Of a DNA stretch of 64,000 nt, positions 8,801-23,800 are shown one piece after another. The DNA is taken from the NCBI GenBank assembly GCA_964478025.1, contig CAYZGK010000001.1, forward strand, positions 23,631-87,630. The letters are read 5' to 3'. Under the pieces are notes generated by a model. The model did not search any database and was not told the origin of the DNA. It worked only from the letters and a program-made list of their open reading frames with translations. The stretch comes from an uncultured Christensenella sp. Its GTDB lineage: Bacteria > Bacillota > Clostridia > Christensenellales > UBA3700. A program made the translations under genes and the position numbers. Positions within the stretch are counted from its first letter, which is position 1; every line of letters begins with the position of its first letter.

Positions 8801-11800
8801 AATTCCTACAGCAAATATTACACTAAATAATGGTGGTAAGTCATTAGGAGAAGCAACAAAAACCATTTTAAAAGATAATTCAACTTATTATCTTGAGAAT
8901 GCAAAGAAAGCTGGCGTATATAAAGTTACTTATAATTTCTCAGGTACAAATAATTATGAAGCCGTTAAACTTGTGTACACATACACAATAGATAAGGCTA
9001 CAACATATATAGAATTTACAACAATTGGAGATAAACTAGGAGCAGGTGTTTCTAAGCAAGTAACTTCAGGTAGTTTTAGTGAGAGTAAAATGTTTGACTT
9101 TGATGCTGTTACAATTCCTACAGCTTATGTTAGATGGTATACAGGAAATGATGGCTCAACAGGTGTTAGAGAAGAAACTATATCATATACATCAACTGCT
9201 TCAATACAACCAGGCTCTAATGTATCTGATGCTGGTGTTTATGATATAACCTGGTCGTATAGCGGCGGAGATAATTTAACCGCATGTTCTTGTATTTATA
9301 CTTATACAATTGAAAAGAATACAATTACTTTTGGTTTTGCAAACTCTACAGGTTCTCAACAATTACAAAGTTGTGCGTTATCTGTTTCTACTCTTTTAGG
9401 TTCAAGTTATGGTAACTTAAATGCAACACTTAAAAATTCAAAAGGACAAACTATTCAAGTTATAACTGCGGGTGTTTCACAAAAATCTAAAGTATCTTTA
9501 ACATCAAGTAGTACATATACATCACTATATCCAGGAGAAGAAACGTCATTTACAGGAACTGAAGTTCAAGATTGTGGAACTTATAAATTGATTTATTCAA
9601 TGACAACAAGTGACACAAACTATACTGTTACAACAAATCCTGCAACATATACATTTACTATATCTCAAAGAAGAATGTATCTTTTATTTGATGATACAAA
9701 AGATCTATATGATTCAATTATAGATACAACTGGCAACTATTATGATTTCATATTCGTAAGTGGCGCCGATAACATTTCTAAGATAAACTCTGTTGCTCAA
9801 GATTATTCAAGCTATTTTACAAAAATCGTTGAATGGGGAAGCGGAGTAGGAAGTGGTCATAACTTTAAAGATTATTTAACACTAACCGCAGGGGTAACAG
9901 ACAAAACACCTGTTGGTAATTATTACTTTAGTGTTGAATGGAATGAAAGTGCTACAAATAAGACAATTTTAAATAGATTAAGAAATAACTATAAAGCAGG
10001 CGTTTTAGATTCAAGTAATGTTGTTATAGGAACAACAGGAAGTGGATACTCTGCTGGTTATACAAGTTACTGCGAATCAGCTAAAAATACAAATGGATTT
10101 AATGCAGCAGCTGCAGATTCTAGCTATGAAATAAGAATTAGAATCGTAAGTAATGTTGACAAAACTTTATCATATACAGACAGCCAAGATAATTGGTCAA
10201 TTTTAGATACCGGTTCTGCTTCAGATGTTATAACATTCATAAATGGTCACTATTATGACTCAGATGAATACGCATCCGCTACATCTGCTACAATAACTTC
10301 TCAAGTTTGGATTAATAGAGCTTTTGATGGTTCTAGAATAATGGCTTCATATAAGACATTAAATGGGAATAGTCAAACTTGCGAAATAAAGATGTGGCAT
10401 GATGTAGAAAATAATACTGATGATTTTAATAATGGTACCGGTGTTACAGCACAAATTACAAGTAAAGGCGTATATACACATGCCTCAGATGCTTCAACAA
10501 GTGAAACTGGTTATACAGGAACTTATGATCAAGGATACCCAGCATATACAACAATAGATGGAGAAAAATATTATGCAGGAGCCTCTTTAGTTGCATTAAA
10601 TTATGGTGTAATAAAAGGTTTTAATTTTAAGTGGTATGTTGAAAATATACAAAGTTGTGGTAGTTATAGATCTCCTAGAATAACAATACAAGGACATCAT
10701 AATAGAAACTCTGCAGTTGGCACAATTTCTGGAATAAACTGCGGATATATAACTGGATGTAAGATTTACTATCAAAGACTATTAACATTTGAAGGAACAT
10801 CATCAAGTTATAACTTTGCTGCAGGCTTAGTTGTTGGTATAAATAATGGTTATATGGCTAACGAAACATTTGAGTTAGTAAAAGACATGGAAAATTATAG
10901 ATCGAGTACTGTATACGCAAGCCATATTTATAGAAGTTTTATAAATGTGTCAGGTACCGCAAAAAGCATATATGCAGGTTTAATTTGTGGAACAAATGCT
11001 GCAGATGGAACTATAGAAAGTATATCTCGTTCAGGGCAAGTCCCATTTAGTGTTGAAAGTTTAACCGGTAGTGTTGATGTTTATGGTGGTGGTTTTGTTG
11101 GAAAAAATACAGGAAATTTAAATAACTTAATATACAACAACACAATGTCTACTATAACATCTACAAATGATTCTCGTTGGTATAATGGTAATTATAATGG
11201 AGATGGAGGAAAAACCTATTATTATAAAAATTATGAGTTAAGATTCTATGCCTCAGCTAATGTTTACGCTGGAGGTATTGTAGGATATTCAACAGGAGAG
11301 ATTAATAATTGTCAATATAACTCAGGAACAAGTACATCAGATGGTGGAAACTTACTTGCTACAGCAGGCTCTGGTAATACTATAGCTCTTGGCGGTATTG
11401 CTGGATATATCGGGGGCGGCGGCAAAATTATCGCATGTTCTGTTAAAAACTATGGCTGCATATATGCAGGCAGTGATTCAGTTATAGTTAATGCTTACGC
11501 TCTTGGTGGAGTTGTTGGTGTATCTTCAGGTGGAGAGATAGATGGCTCTTCTATTTCAAATTATGGAACAATTTTTGGTAGAGCAAGTGGGGCTGGCAAT
11601 AACTATGCTGGATGTTTCTTAGGCATAGGATGTGAAGATGGTAATGGAACAACCTCTGCAGCTACTTATACGTCAAGTAATAGAGTTAAATTTGGCACAA
11701 CAAATGTTGAGCCTGGTGTATTTACTGCATCAACTTCGTTTAACTATGGAACAATTGGTGCAAATTATGGTTCTTGGGGTTATATAACAGGAAAATATAA

Positions 11801-14800
11801 CACAATACTATCTGACTCAATATCTGATGGTTATGATTATGCTCACACTTATGGTGGTTTAATTTGGTATACAAATAATACGCCAACAAATCATACAAAG
11901 TGTTTGTTTGGATCAGTTGCTTCAATTCTTGGAGATAATAGTGTTACAGATAGCAGCTCTTCAACTGGAAGAAGAACGCTTACTTCTACAAATGTATATA
12001 TAACAGGTATCGCTGGTATAAATATTGGAGATTGTGGCGATGGAACGTTAGGAAATCAACTTTTAGATGATGTATCACTAAATACAGAAACTGGTGAAAT
12101 AAATATATCATATAATTCAATAAGTAATATAACTCAAACAAATGCAGGTTCAGCATCTTTCTATTATGGTATGGATGCGTCTGTTAATGGAAATACTGTT
12201 TATATAACACCAAATGGTGGTAGTAAAGTAGCATATACAGATGACCTTGGTGCTGGCGTATTTACAATGTCTACTGCCGATGCAAATGCAATTATTACTG
12301 ATACAACAGTTGAAGCTACCATTTCTACTGTAAGAGTAAGAACTTATTTATATATAGGTTCTTATGAAGAATATAAAGATTTCGTTCAAAATACTGGTTC
12401 ATCAAATTATTCTGTATATAGATATTGTGCAGGTTATGGTACACTTTCAACAAGTATGGAAACAGGTAGCATAGTTTGGTCAGGAGTTTTAAATGAGTAT
12501 AAAACTTTTGATGGTGCTAATAAAACTATTACATATACAACAAATGCAGCCGTATCTGTTTCGGCTGTAAGTGGAAACTGGAATGGTAAAAATATTTATG
12601 TATTAGGAACGCTTCTTGGTGCTAATAATGGTTATGTTAAGAGCGTTAATATTGTTGTAACAACTTCAGCCGATACTTCTTACTTTATATTTGATACAGT
12701 ATCTGGAGCAAACATGGTATATGGTGTTGTAGCAGGAGCAAACTCAGGAACTATTGACTGGTGTTCTGTAACGCTAAAAGGTGGCGGAAAAGTAGGATTA
12801 ACAGCCTCTTCATCTACAAGTGGAAATAGATACTCTATAGGTGGAATTGCAGGCGTTAGTAGTAGTTCAATTACTCATTGTAATGTTAAGTTTGAAAACA
12901 ATACAAGACTTGGATTAATGTCAGGCACTTATACAAATGGCTCTTATGCAGCAGTCGGTGGAATTGTAGGAGCTCAGTTTGGAAGTGAAGTATCTAATTG
13001 TGCAGTTGTTGGTAAAGGTTATATATTAACAGAAAATTCAACAAGCTCAGATATTGTATCAAATCCAAACGGTTATGTTGGTGGTATAGGTGGATATCTT
13101 CTTGTAGCTAAAGATGGTAGAGATTTAACCTATATGGGACTAAACGTTGGAGTATGTAAAGTATATAATGTTGTAGTTGCTTTGTTTGGAGGTATTGAAA
13201 GTGCTAGCACCTCATACGTAGATGGTAGTACGGCTGCAGGTGTTGGTGGAACTGGTTATATTTCAGGTAAAGGCACTGCATTTGAAAATTCATCATCATA
13301 CGATACTTTAAAGACGCTTAATTTAGGTGCATGCTTTATTATAGGTACCGGAGAGCCAACAGCTGTTGATTGGAAAGCAGCTGCTGTTCAAAATACAATA
13401 TTTGGTGGTGTAGTATATAACGAACATGCAACAGATAAAAAAGCAGCAAACAAAGAAGCTTATGTTGAAATGTATTGGTATGATATTCCAGGCATAGCAT
13501 TCTTATCTTTAAACGATTATTCAATTCGTGGAAAGGGTGTTGCTGAAATGGTTAGCTCAGCTTCAATTTATGTAACATTCCCAACAACCTTCTTTGAATC
13601 AAATATAAGTGCAGGTGGAATAACTATATATTTCTATAACCAAAGTAATGGTAAAGTTAAATTGAGTTTAACTTCACTTTCTTTAACAGTAAACTCAAAT
13701 GCAACATATATTAATACAGTTATTACAAATATATCTAAAGATGGAGAAGGAACTCCAACTTCATCAGATCAAGGAACAAGTACCTCTACATCGCTTGGTG
13801 GCTATACAGCAGTTGAAGGCACATCCGTAATGCTTAAACTTAAAGTTAGTTATTCTGTATCTATTGCGGGAGAAAATATTAAATATGATAGTGCAACATC
13901 GCTAGTTCAAAGTCCATTCTATTGCTTTATTTCAGGAAGAGGAAATAGAATCGTATACGCAGGTGCCAAGGAGGCAACACTTACTGACAATATAACTTAT
14001 GATAAGAAAGTTTCTGCAGCTATTGAGTTTGCAGAAGGTAAAGTTTTAAATGGAAATGGTAATACATTCTATTCATATTGGTCAGGAAGAAATGAAAGCG
14101 AAGGTGGTAACTATGTTGCCGGTTTAACAGATGGTCTTCCAAGTGGAACTTGGGCTGATAATGGCTATGATACTGTCGGTGGCAATAGAAGAGAGTCTAA
14201 AGACTATCCTTATTGGTATGAACTAAATGGTAAAGATTTTTATGGTGTTTCAGATTTAATTTCTATAAATAGAGGAACAATTAAAAATTTAAATGTAAGC
14301 TATAGACAAGAAGAAGGTAAAACTCATGATTATGCCGGCATGAATGCCGACACCGCTTATGGTGCTATTGCTGGAATTAACTTAGGTACAATAGAAAATT
14401 GTACAATAACATATAATTGTACATCTGTTTACATTGGTGGTGGTGCAGATTATACGCTAGTTATGGGAGCCGCTGTTGGTATAAATAAAGGTACAATAAA
14501 TGGCCTTACTGTGAATATGGCTTCTTCATTTACTTTATCTGGCTCTATTGGTAATAACTTATTCTCAAGTGGTGTTGGTATAAACTATGGAGATATATAT
14601 AACATTGATATAGTAAATACAGCAGGTGTTTACTTAACGGCCACCTCTGATGGTAATTCAAGTACAGTTGCTGGGGGTATTGTTGCAATTAATAATGGCG
14701 GTTCTATAAAGTATGCAAGAATTTCAGGAGAAGGCCAATTTAAGATTGGAACATATACAAAAAATACAACAGAAACTCCAACAGAGGTTGAAGTTACTGA

Positions 14801-17800
14801 TGAAAATGGTAATAAGACAACAGTAACTACAACAGTAACTACAACAAGTTATACATATAGTACAAAGTACCTATACTTTGCAGTAGGTATTGCTATATCT
14901 AATAATGGAAGTGAAGAAGAAACTCTTCCAGGACTTGTAGCTTCAGTTGCAAGTTGTATAAAGAATAACGATAACCCGGTTGACCATATAATTATAGACT
15001 ATGGTGGCGATATATATGCTTATGCTCAAAACTATATGACAGGAATAGCCTTTGCTCATGCTGGTTCTTCAACAACAGCAGAAGGTGATTTAAGATATGG
15101 CAATATTTTCTGGAATAGCGATTATAATACAAATATAGCTCTTGCGGTTGAATCAACGGGTGGTACAAACTTGTTCCAAGAAGGAACTATTGCATCCGCT
15201 GGTTTCCCATTAATGGGCTACACTGGAAATACAAATAAAGGAGATTTCTCTTTTGTTAAGGGTGCTCAAATTTATTCTAATGTTGAAGAAAACTTAAGTT
15301 GGGATCTAAATACTGGTAATTTAATATTCTCTTCAACAAATTATGCAATGTCTAATTCAAAGACATTTGAAAGTTTTGAATCTTTATATATGCCATCGCT
15401 TGATAGACAATATGATTTTGTTGGTTCAAATAATACAAGCGACTACTATACATTTACAAAGGGAAGTTCTTCTTCAAACACAACAATATCTATAACAGAA
15501 AAAATGATGGATATGCTTGTTGTAGATGCTACTTCTAACTATAGCGGCGGAGCGCTTAGAGTTAATATAGAGTTCTTCTTCCCATATGTAGAGATAAATG
15601 ATATTTATCAACTAGTTCAATATATTTGGTTTACAAGTGATGATACGGGTTCAGATAAGATATTTAATTATTATTTAAGAACTTATGAAACTCAAATAAA
15701 ACAATTAATAGATGCAGGAGAAAAGCAAGCATCAACAGCAACTCCTGTTGATGGAGATTATTCTGGTGCTTGGTGTACAGAGGCGGATTGGGGCAGTGTT
15801 TCGCGTAACTGGGGCTATACAGCCGATACATCCGATACAGCCGATACAGCCGATTTTGATGCACGTTGGATTACTTATAATGGTGCAAATTACTATATAT
15901 TACTTGAAAAATATTGCTCTAATGGAGATATTCTTCCAATATATTCTTCAAATAATGCAAGATTAACAAGTGATATTGTATTAGATAAATATACATACGC
16001 TGATGGCGCTACTACAATGAGCGTTGATTTTGGATTTAATTGTACTTCTTGGAAGGAGTACGCATCATCAAAGAAATTAGATGGACAAAAATATTCAATT
16101 ACAATTGTTGCAAGTGATTATAACCATAATAGTGGAAGTTCTCTTGGTTCATATTCTAAGTGGGCATATGTTAAAACTAGAGCTGAACATTCTGGAAGTA
16201 TGTACTCAATGACATCAGCTACAAATTATGCTAATAATTATAGTGTTAACTATGTGCCTTTACAAGATATAGCAAATACTCCAGGTAAAGGATCATCAGG
16301 CGTATATATCTATGGTGGTTTCTTAGGTATTATAAGAGGCGAAATTTCAAATGTTAATTTTATTTTACAAGAATATTCATTAATTAACATTGTAAAAGAT
16401 ACAGTTAATACCGTTTCTTATGAAGATGGCGATAATAAAGGAAATAGCGAGTTTAATACTTATGAAGCCAGTTATTCGGATAGTTCTTTAGACTCAATAG
16501 CTTTACCAAGATCAGTGTTTGCTGGAGTTGTTGCAGGTTATATAACTGGCAAGATGGATAGTTGCTCTTTAACTATGGGACAATATTCTCAAATTTATGT
16601 TAATAAGTTTGGTGCAATTGATGATGATAATTCAATTTACCACGCAGCATTAGTTGGTGGTTATTGTGGTCTTTTAGGTAATGACGCACAAATTTCTAAC
16701 TCAACTTTAACTATGGGAGAAGGTGTAAATATAGGTGTTAAAAATACCGGTATAAGAATGGCTTCTGGTTTAATAGCTTATAGAAAAGGAACAGTTAGAG
16801 CTTATGCAGGTGGCTTTGCGGGAATGATGGTATCAGGAAGCTTAATGTATAACCTTGTGTTAGAAGGTGTTTCAACATCTAAGATATTTGCATTTACAGA
16901 TGGCCGAACATGGGGACTTAATTGGAACTATTACGCATCCTTTGACACATTTGCATCTACTGCAGGTGGCATAGTTGGTTGTAATACAAATAACTCATAT
17001 TGGAATAAATCTGGTTTAGGTCATGGTTTAGTTGATGGTGTTATATTTAACTGGGCAGGTGCATCAATTTCAATGTTTAATAGTAGTACATCAACAAGTT
17101 ATGCTGCAAAACAAGATATGAGTATTTACTACATAGGTGGTAATATTGCGGGTGTTGTTGGCAATGGAGATAATTTAAATTTCTCAATTTCAGGTAATGC
17201 AGAAACAAATGAATATGTAAGAAATCTATATTATGTTTATGAATTATCTTCATATAAAACATTGTATCAAGAGCATGGAGATATATATAGTTATTCTCAT
17301 AATAGTTCTCAAAGTTATATAGCAAAAGGAAACATTTACATTTATGGACCTAGTGCGGGAAGTGCTGGATTAAACTTCTGTACATTAAATAACTATAAAT
17401 CTTCATATATAAGAAATAGCGATGGATCATATAGTTTAGGTAGCGGAGACGGCTCTGTAATATTCTCTGGAGATAGTGATCATCCAGGAACAATAGTTGA
17501 TGGAAACCTTGTTTGTGTATCTGAAGCTATGAGTGGAAGTACTATTATAACTGCAAGAACTCTAACACTTTGGGAATTAGAGACTGAATCAGTTATAGGT
17601 ACTGGTATAAGTTATACTGGTGCAACATCAACAAAGAGCGGAAATAATTATATTTATGAATCTACCTCATATAATGATACTAGCTTTAAGCCATCAAGTA
17701 TTGGATATAAGCAAATAACAACAGGACTTTCAAATATTATGTCTTGGGCAGATACTTCAAGAAACTCAAATGTTAAGTTCTCATTTGAAGTAGATGATGA

Positions 17801-20800
17801 AGATACAAGTAGCGTAATGTGGGCTATAGATATCTATAAAGGAGTAATTGATGGAAACTCATTGCGTAGTGCTGAAAATACAATATCTGAAATTCCAGTA
17901 TATGCGTTTGCAACAAGTTTACAAGATTCTTTAACCTATAAGAAACAAGAATATACAATTATAAGAGGACAAGGCGATGGCATGAAAATTATGTATTGTA
18001 CAGGAAGTGCCGCATCTCTTAGCCCTAATAAAACTTATTATACAAACGAAGTCTCTGTAGATAAGGCAGCATATTATGCTACAGCTGCAATTATGTATGA
18101 TGGTTCAACTGATGCAGCAAATGAAGCATTAACAATTTATGATAGTAATGGAAATAACATAGAAAGGTTAGAAGATAATATAAAGGATAGCATTGTAACA
18201 ACCGCTAAAAACGATGGAGATATCCTAAGAACGGTATATAAACAATCTGGAAATGCCTGGAATGAGGTAGATTCAGAGGCAGATCTAACCGCAGTCGGTT
18301 ATTACAAAGTTATTTATGAGGTTCTAGCAAATGAAGACTCGTATGGTGTTATAAACCCTAATGCTTATGTAAATAGAGATTATAGAACACAATTCTTCTC
18401 ATCAGATGGTTCAACTTCAACATATTTTAAAGACACTGGAAATTATCTAGTTGAAACATATACCTTATATGTTGCAATAGCTCCAGTATATTTAAATATT
18501 ACAGAAATAAAGAAAGTTTATGATGGTTCAACAGATTTTATCTATAAGGGAAGCGATGACACTAACTATTCTTCAGTAACAGCTCAAGTTGATCAAAATT
18601 TTGCTTATGCAAAAGATGGTACAATTCCATCAGTTTCATGCAGTAATGGTGTTATTAAATCTAGCGTTGGAACAAATGTTCAAATTACATTAGATGCAAC
18701 ATATGATAATGCAGATATTGGTGATAGGTCTATAACATTAAAGACAGAAGGTACTGTATCTTATGTTTATTGGCAAAAAAATAGCGAAGGTAAATGGATT
18801 GAATGTAGCGTTGAATCGCCACTTCTAAAGTCAAGTAATTCAAGTGAAAGAAAAGCATACTTCTCTCTAACTATATTAAATAGCGAATTGTCTTCAACTG
18901 ATGGTGCAAAAACTTATGGATATAAAGATAGCCTAGCTAGTGGTTATACAATAACAAACGGCTCAACTGTTACAAGTTTTGATACATCACTTACTTGTAA
19001 AGTACATATAGTTAAAGCTAACGCTCCAACAATTACGGTTACTGATCCTACTTTAAGTTATGTATATACAGGAAAGAGTATAGAGTATGGCGTTGAGTGG
19101 GCTAGTCATATTACAATTACTGACCAATTTGGATCAGTACTTGACCCAGAAAGTATGATAAATAATAAAGAATTAACAATAACTGGAGATGGAACAGCTG
19201 TTAAAGATGTAAAAGCCTCTGGTTATACAATTAAGTTTACTATAGCATACACGGGCACGAAGTATGGAAATACAACAACAGAATCAGAGGTAACTATTTT
19301 TGTTACTCCAGCACTACTTACAATAACAAAAGCAGTAAAGGAATATGATGGTAAAAATGATGTATCAGTAGCTTCATTTGCTTATAAGGCAGATGGTAAG
19401 ACGTCTGGTCTTTATGAGCAAGATAAGATAACCTTTGCAGGCACTTATGCATCAAGTGATGTAGCTTCTAGTTTAAATGTTAAAATAACAACATCACAAA
19501 CAACTATAAATGGAACACAATATAAGATCGTTGGAGATAATTATTATCTTGAAAATGATACAATAAACGGAATTGGTGTAATTTATCCAACAAGTGCAGA
19601 GATTGTTCTTGCAAATAAGGATTATGATAAAACAAATACAGTAACTTATACTGGCTCTGGGGATATAAACAAGACATCGATATTAATTAAGACAACATCT
19701 TCATCTATCCTTGGTGTTACAGTTGTTAACATTCAGCCTACTGCAACTTATTCAAATAGCAATGTAGGTAATTGTAATTTACAAGTATCTTTAAATACAT
19801 TTACATATGTAAATGAAAAGGGAGCTTCAGTTGCATTATATAGACTAGAAGATAGTAATTATTGCATAGAAGATGCAACATCTACTTCATATACAGCAAC
19901 AGGTAAGGCTTATATAATTCCAGTTAATATGACTATAAGTTATATTTATAAGACATATGATGGAACAACTGCATTCCCTGATGATGATGCAAATTATATG
20001 CTATCTAATAATAACAACGAATTTACTAAAGTTGATGGTTCATTCTCTGATGCAAATGTTAAATATGAAAATAACAAGTATAATGATATTAATGTAAGCG
20101 CTGTTGCATATACTTATATGTATGTATCTAATGGCACTACAGCATCAAATACTGTTTATAGAGTTCAAAGTTCAGGTAGTGCAACTAACTATACGCTTGA
20201 TGCAACATTATCTGGTTCAACATATGTAGTTGAAGGAATAGGCGTAATTATTCCTAAACTTGTTACTATAAAGAATGTAACAAAATTATATGATGGTAAA
20301 AACACATTTGATACAGTTAATTTTTATGCAGATAAAGGTGAGAAATGGGAAATTGTTGATGAAAGTGGTGCCTCTGTTAATTATCACCTAGTTGGAACAA
20401 TGGGTACATCTTCATCTGATGGTAAAAATGCAACAAATGGTAAGAACTTATATCAAGTTAACTTAAATGGTTCTTCAGCTACAACTCCTTGCGTAGCAAC
20501 ATTTACATTTAATGGTGTAGATTATATTTGGCTTCATTATATGTATAATACAAATAATAACTATTATGTAACAAGTACAACAATTGCAGGAATTGGTGAT
20601 GTATTACAAAGAACAATTAATGTAGCACCATCAGGTACTGGAACATTAAGTTCGCTTTCATTTACAGTAAACTCAAAAGTAAATACTTCAGGAAAGGTTA
20701 ATATACAAAGTGGAAGTGCATCAGCTACTTATCTATTTGGTCAATATTATAGTATTGATAACTTAACAGCTACATTTAACTGGAGCGGTTCAAGTCCAAA

Positions 20801-23800
20801 ATTAAGTAATGGTAAATTAACAGTAGATGGTAGTACATTAACATTTAAGTTAAAATATAATGGTTCAGATGCAAATGTAACAAATGCAAGAAGTTATACA
20901 TTTACATTATCCTTAGTAACAACAAGTTCTAACTTTGCATTTAATGATTACACAATAAGACTTACAATTAATAAGCGTGCATTAAGTCAATCAGAAATAA
21001 CAGTTACACTTGGTGCAATTACTAAGGTTTATGATGGTACTGACTCAACAGATAATATTGAGGTAGGAACTCCATCTATTAAAGCAGTAGCTCAAGGCGT
21101 AAGTTCAACAGAAAATGTAACATTAAGTGGCACTCCAACTGTTTCTTCTCTAACTGCTACTGACATGATAAATGTTAAAGCAGATAAGAATGGTGAGATT
21201 CAAAGTTATGATGCAACAGCTGTTGTAACACTTTCTAACTTTACAAGTACTAACTATACATTTAGTGGTTCTATAACAACATCTGTTAAATATAAGATTA
21301 CACCTTATGAGTTAACTTTAACTGGTGCGTACGAAAAAGAATTTAATGGAACAAGCACTGGAATTACATTAAATGGTATAAATAGTGAAATTGTAGAAAT
21401 TTCATATAGTGGAATTGGAACTCTTCCTGGCACATATTCTCAAGTAACTCCAACTGAAGCTATTGCAGTAAATGTTGATTCAAGTGCAAGTGAAAATAAT
21501 AAAGATAATTCTATTCCTGCAAACTATACAATAAACGTTGGTGTTATTGATTTAACTATAAAACCAGCAACAATTATTGCTGAAAGACAATATGGCACTG
21601 ATTCATTTAATGTAGCTGTTGCAATAACAAACTTAGAAGGTTTTGATTTCTTAAAAGAATATAAAGACGCTCAGGATGCTGCAATACTTAGCGATACTAT
21701 TGTTTCAGATATTGCAAGTAACTTAAATAGCACAACATACAAGACTGAATTAAAATCAGCATTAATTGCCGCCTTTGCTATAAGATGTAATAATGCTGCA
21801 TGGACTAACTTTGAGACTTCTAATATATCTAGCATAAATATCTATTCAGACACATTAGAGTTTATATTTACAGGTCTTAGTGAATTAGATACTACATCTC
21901 TTACAGATAGATACAGCTTTGCAATGTATAATAATGAAAAGAAGACAAGTGGATCAAATATTGCTATCTCATCAAGCGAACTAAGCGATGGTCAATATAC
22001 GGGAACTTATACAACAACTGGAACAGCTGTATCTACAGCAGAAGAATTAGTCGCATTAATAAATGGTGGAAATGATGGATATTTAACAAATAATATCTAT
22101 GGATTTGATGCAACAAGTTTAACTACAACTACATACTCAGGAACACTTTATGGTAATGGTTATTCAATAGTACTTTCTGGAAACTTTAATATAAGTGAAA
22201 CATCTGCAGCATTATTTATCCCAACACTTCAAGGTAATTTATATGATATTAACTTTAAGTATGCAACAAATGCTGAAATTAATGAAGAATTAACAAGTGT
22301 AGGTCTTGTTGTTAATACAAATAATGGTACGATTAGCAATTGTTCATTAGAATTATTAAAAGATTTAACATTGGTTAAAGATGAAGAAGGAACTTTATTA
22401 ACAAAAGCAACAGTTGGTGGTTTTGCTAATACATCAACAGGAACATTAACAAATGTAACTATAGTTTATAGCGCGAGTGAAACGTATAGCTTATTTGCAG
22501 GATTAGCATATACAGCATCAGGTACAATAAATTATGTATCTGCAAGAAATAGCATATATACAACAAGTGTTGCAGGAAAGACAATGTTTAATACATTATC
22601 CGTAACTGTTGATTATGCAATTGATGCAATTACATTTGCTCATACGTCTCTTAATAGTGGTAGTATAACAACTATCTACGATACATCTTCAACTTATCTT
22701 GCGTTCTATGAAAATAACTACACTGATGGATATTTAGATTACTACTTCACATTAGAGAGTAAATATACAACAGATAATGCTAAGCATAATGAATATGTAA
22801 ATGGTGGCTCAGATAATACTAATACAACATATTATAAGGATTATAGAACTACAACTTCTCAAACTCCTATCTTAGCAATTGAAGTTATTGCTCCACTTGG
22901 AGATTTCATTTGGGCAGCATTTGGTGTAGATTATACAGAATATAAGACAAATCTAAATAGAGCTGTAGGAATGTTTAATACTCAAGATGAATTAACAAGT
23001 ATTACATCATACACAGAGGCTAATAATATAAGCTACACAATATTTAAGCCTATTATAGGTGCTGTAGCTGGAGTTAAGATTGCAGCAGGAATCGATACAA
23101 TAATTGAAAAAGAATACTCAGGCTCAGTTCAAAAGGCAGAGTTTGCTTCAGAAGATAATACAAAGACATTTGTAATTTCAGGAACAGAGGTTGGAACATA
23201 TACAACATATCTTGACGGTGCTTCGTCAGAGGGCGGTACAGCCGTATCTGGATATGATGTTGAAAGATTTATAGCTGAGATTGTAACAGGTGAATCTGGT
23301 GAAGAAAAGATTATGTTAATTATTACTCCAAAACAATTAACAGATACACCTACAATTACAAAGGAATATGATTCAACAACTATTGCTGAAACTGAATTAA
23401 AAGCTAAAGATACAGATGCTGCTGCTTCATTATATGCAGTAGGTGAATATAGCGAATCTAAAGTTGGCATAGGATACAACGTTTCATATTACTCAACATC
23501 AAAAGCAGTTGCTGCAGTAAATGTAAGTGGTACTTATAAGTTTATTACATATAGAGCTTATAACACAGACGAAAACGGAAATATTGTATATATTGTAGAG
23601 TTTATAGATATTGATGGTGCTAACTTTACAAGCGCAACAAATGTTACAACAGCAAATGTTCAATCTCTTGCTAGAGCTTACTATCAATTAGTAACAGTTG
23701 ATCAAATCAATTCACTTGCATACAAGACTTATGAAGCTGGTATTACACAAGATAACATAACAAGCGTTTATGTATATGACTTAACATTTAGTCATACAGT

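Noticed and set aside
14817-14846. 12-bp tandem ACAACAGTAACT x2.5 (encodes TTVTTTVTTT) in the giant gene
   Set aside because: It is real, but it has only 2.5 units in a Thr-rich linker. It is too short to support any claim beyond low complexity.
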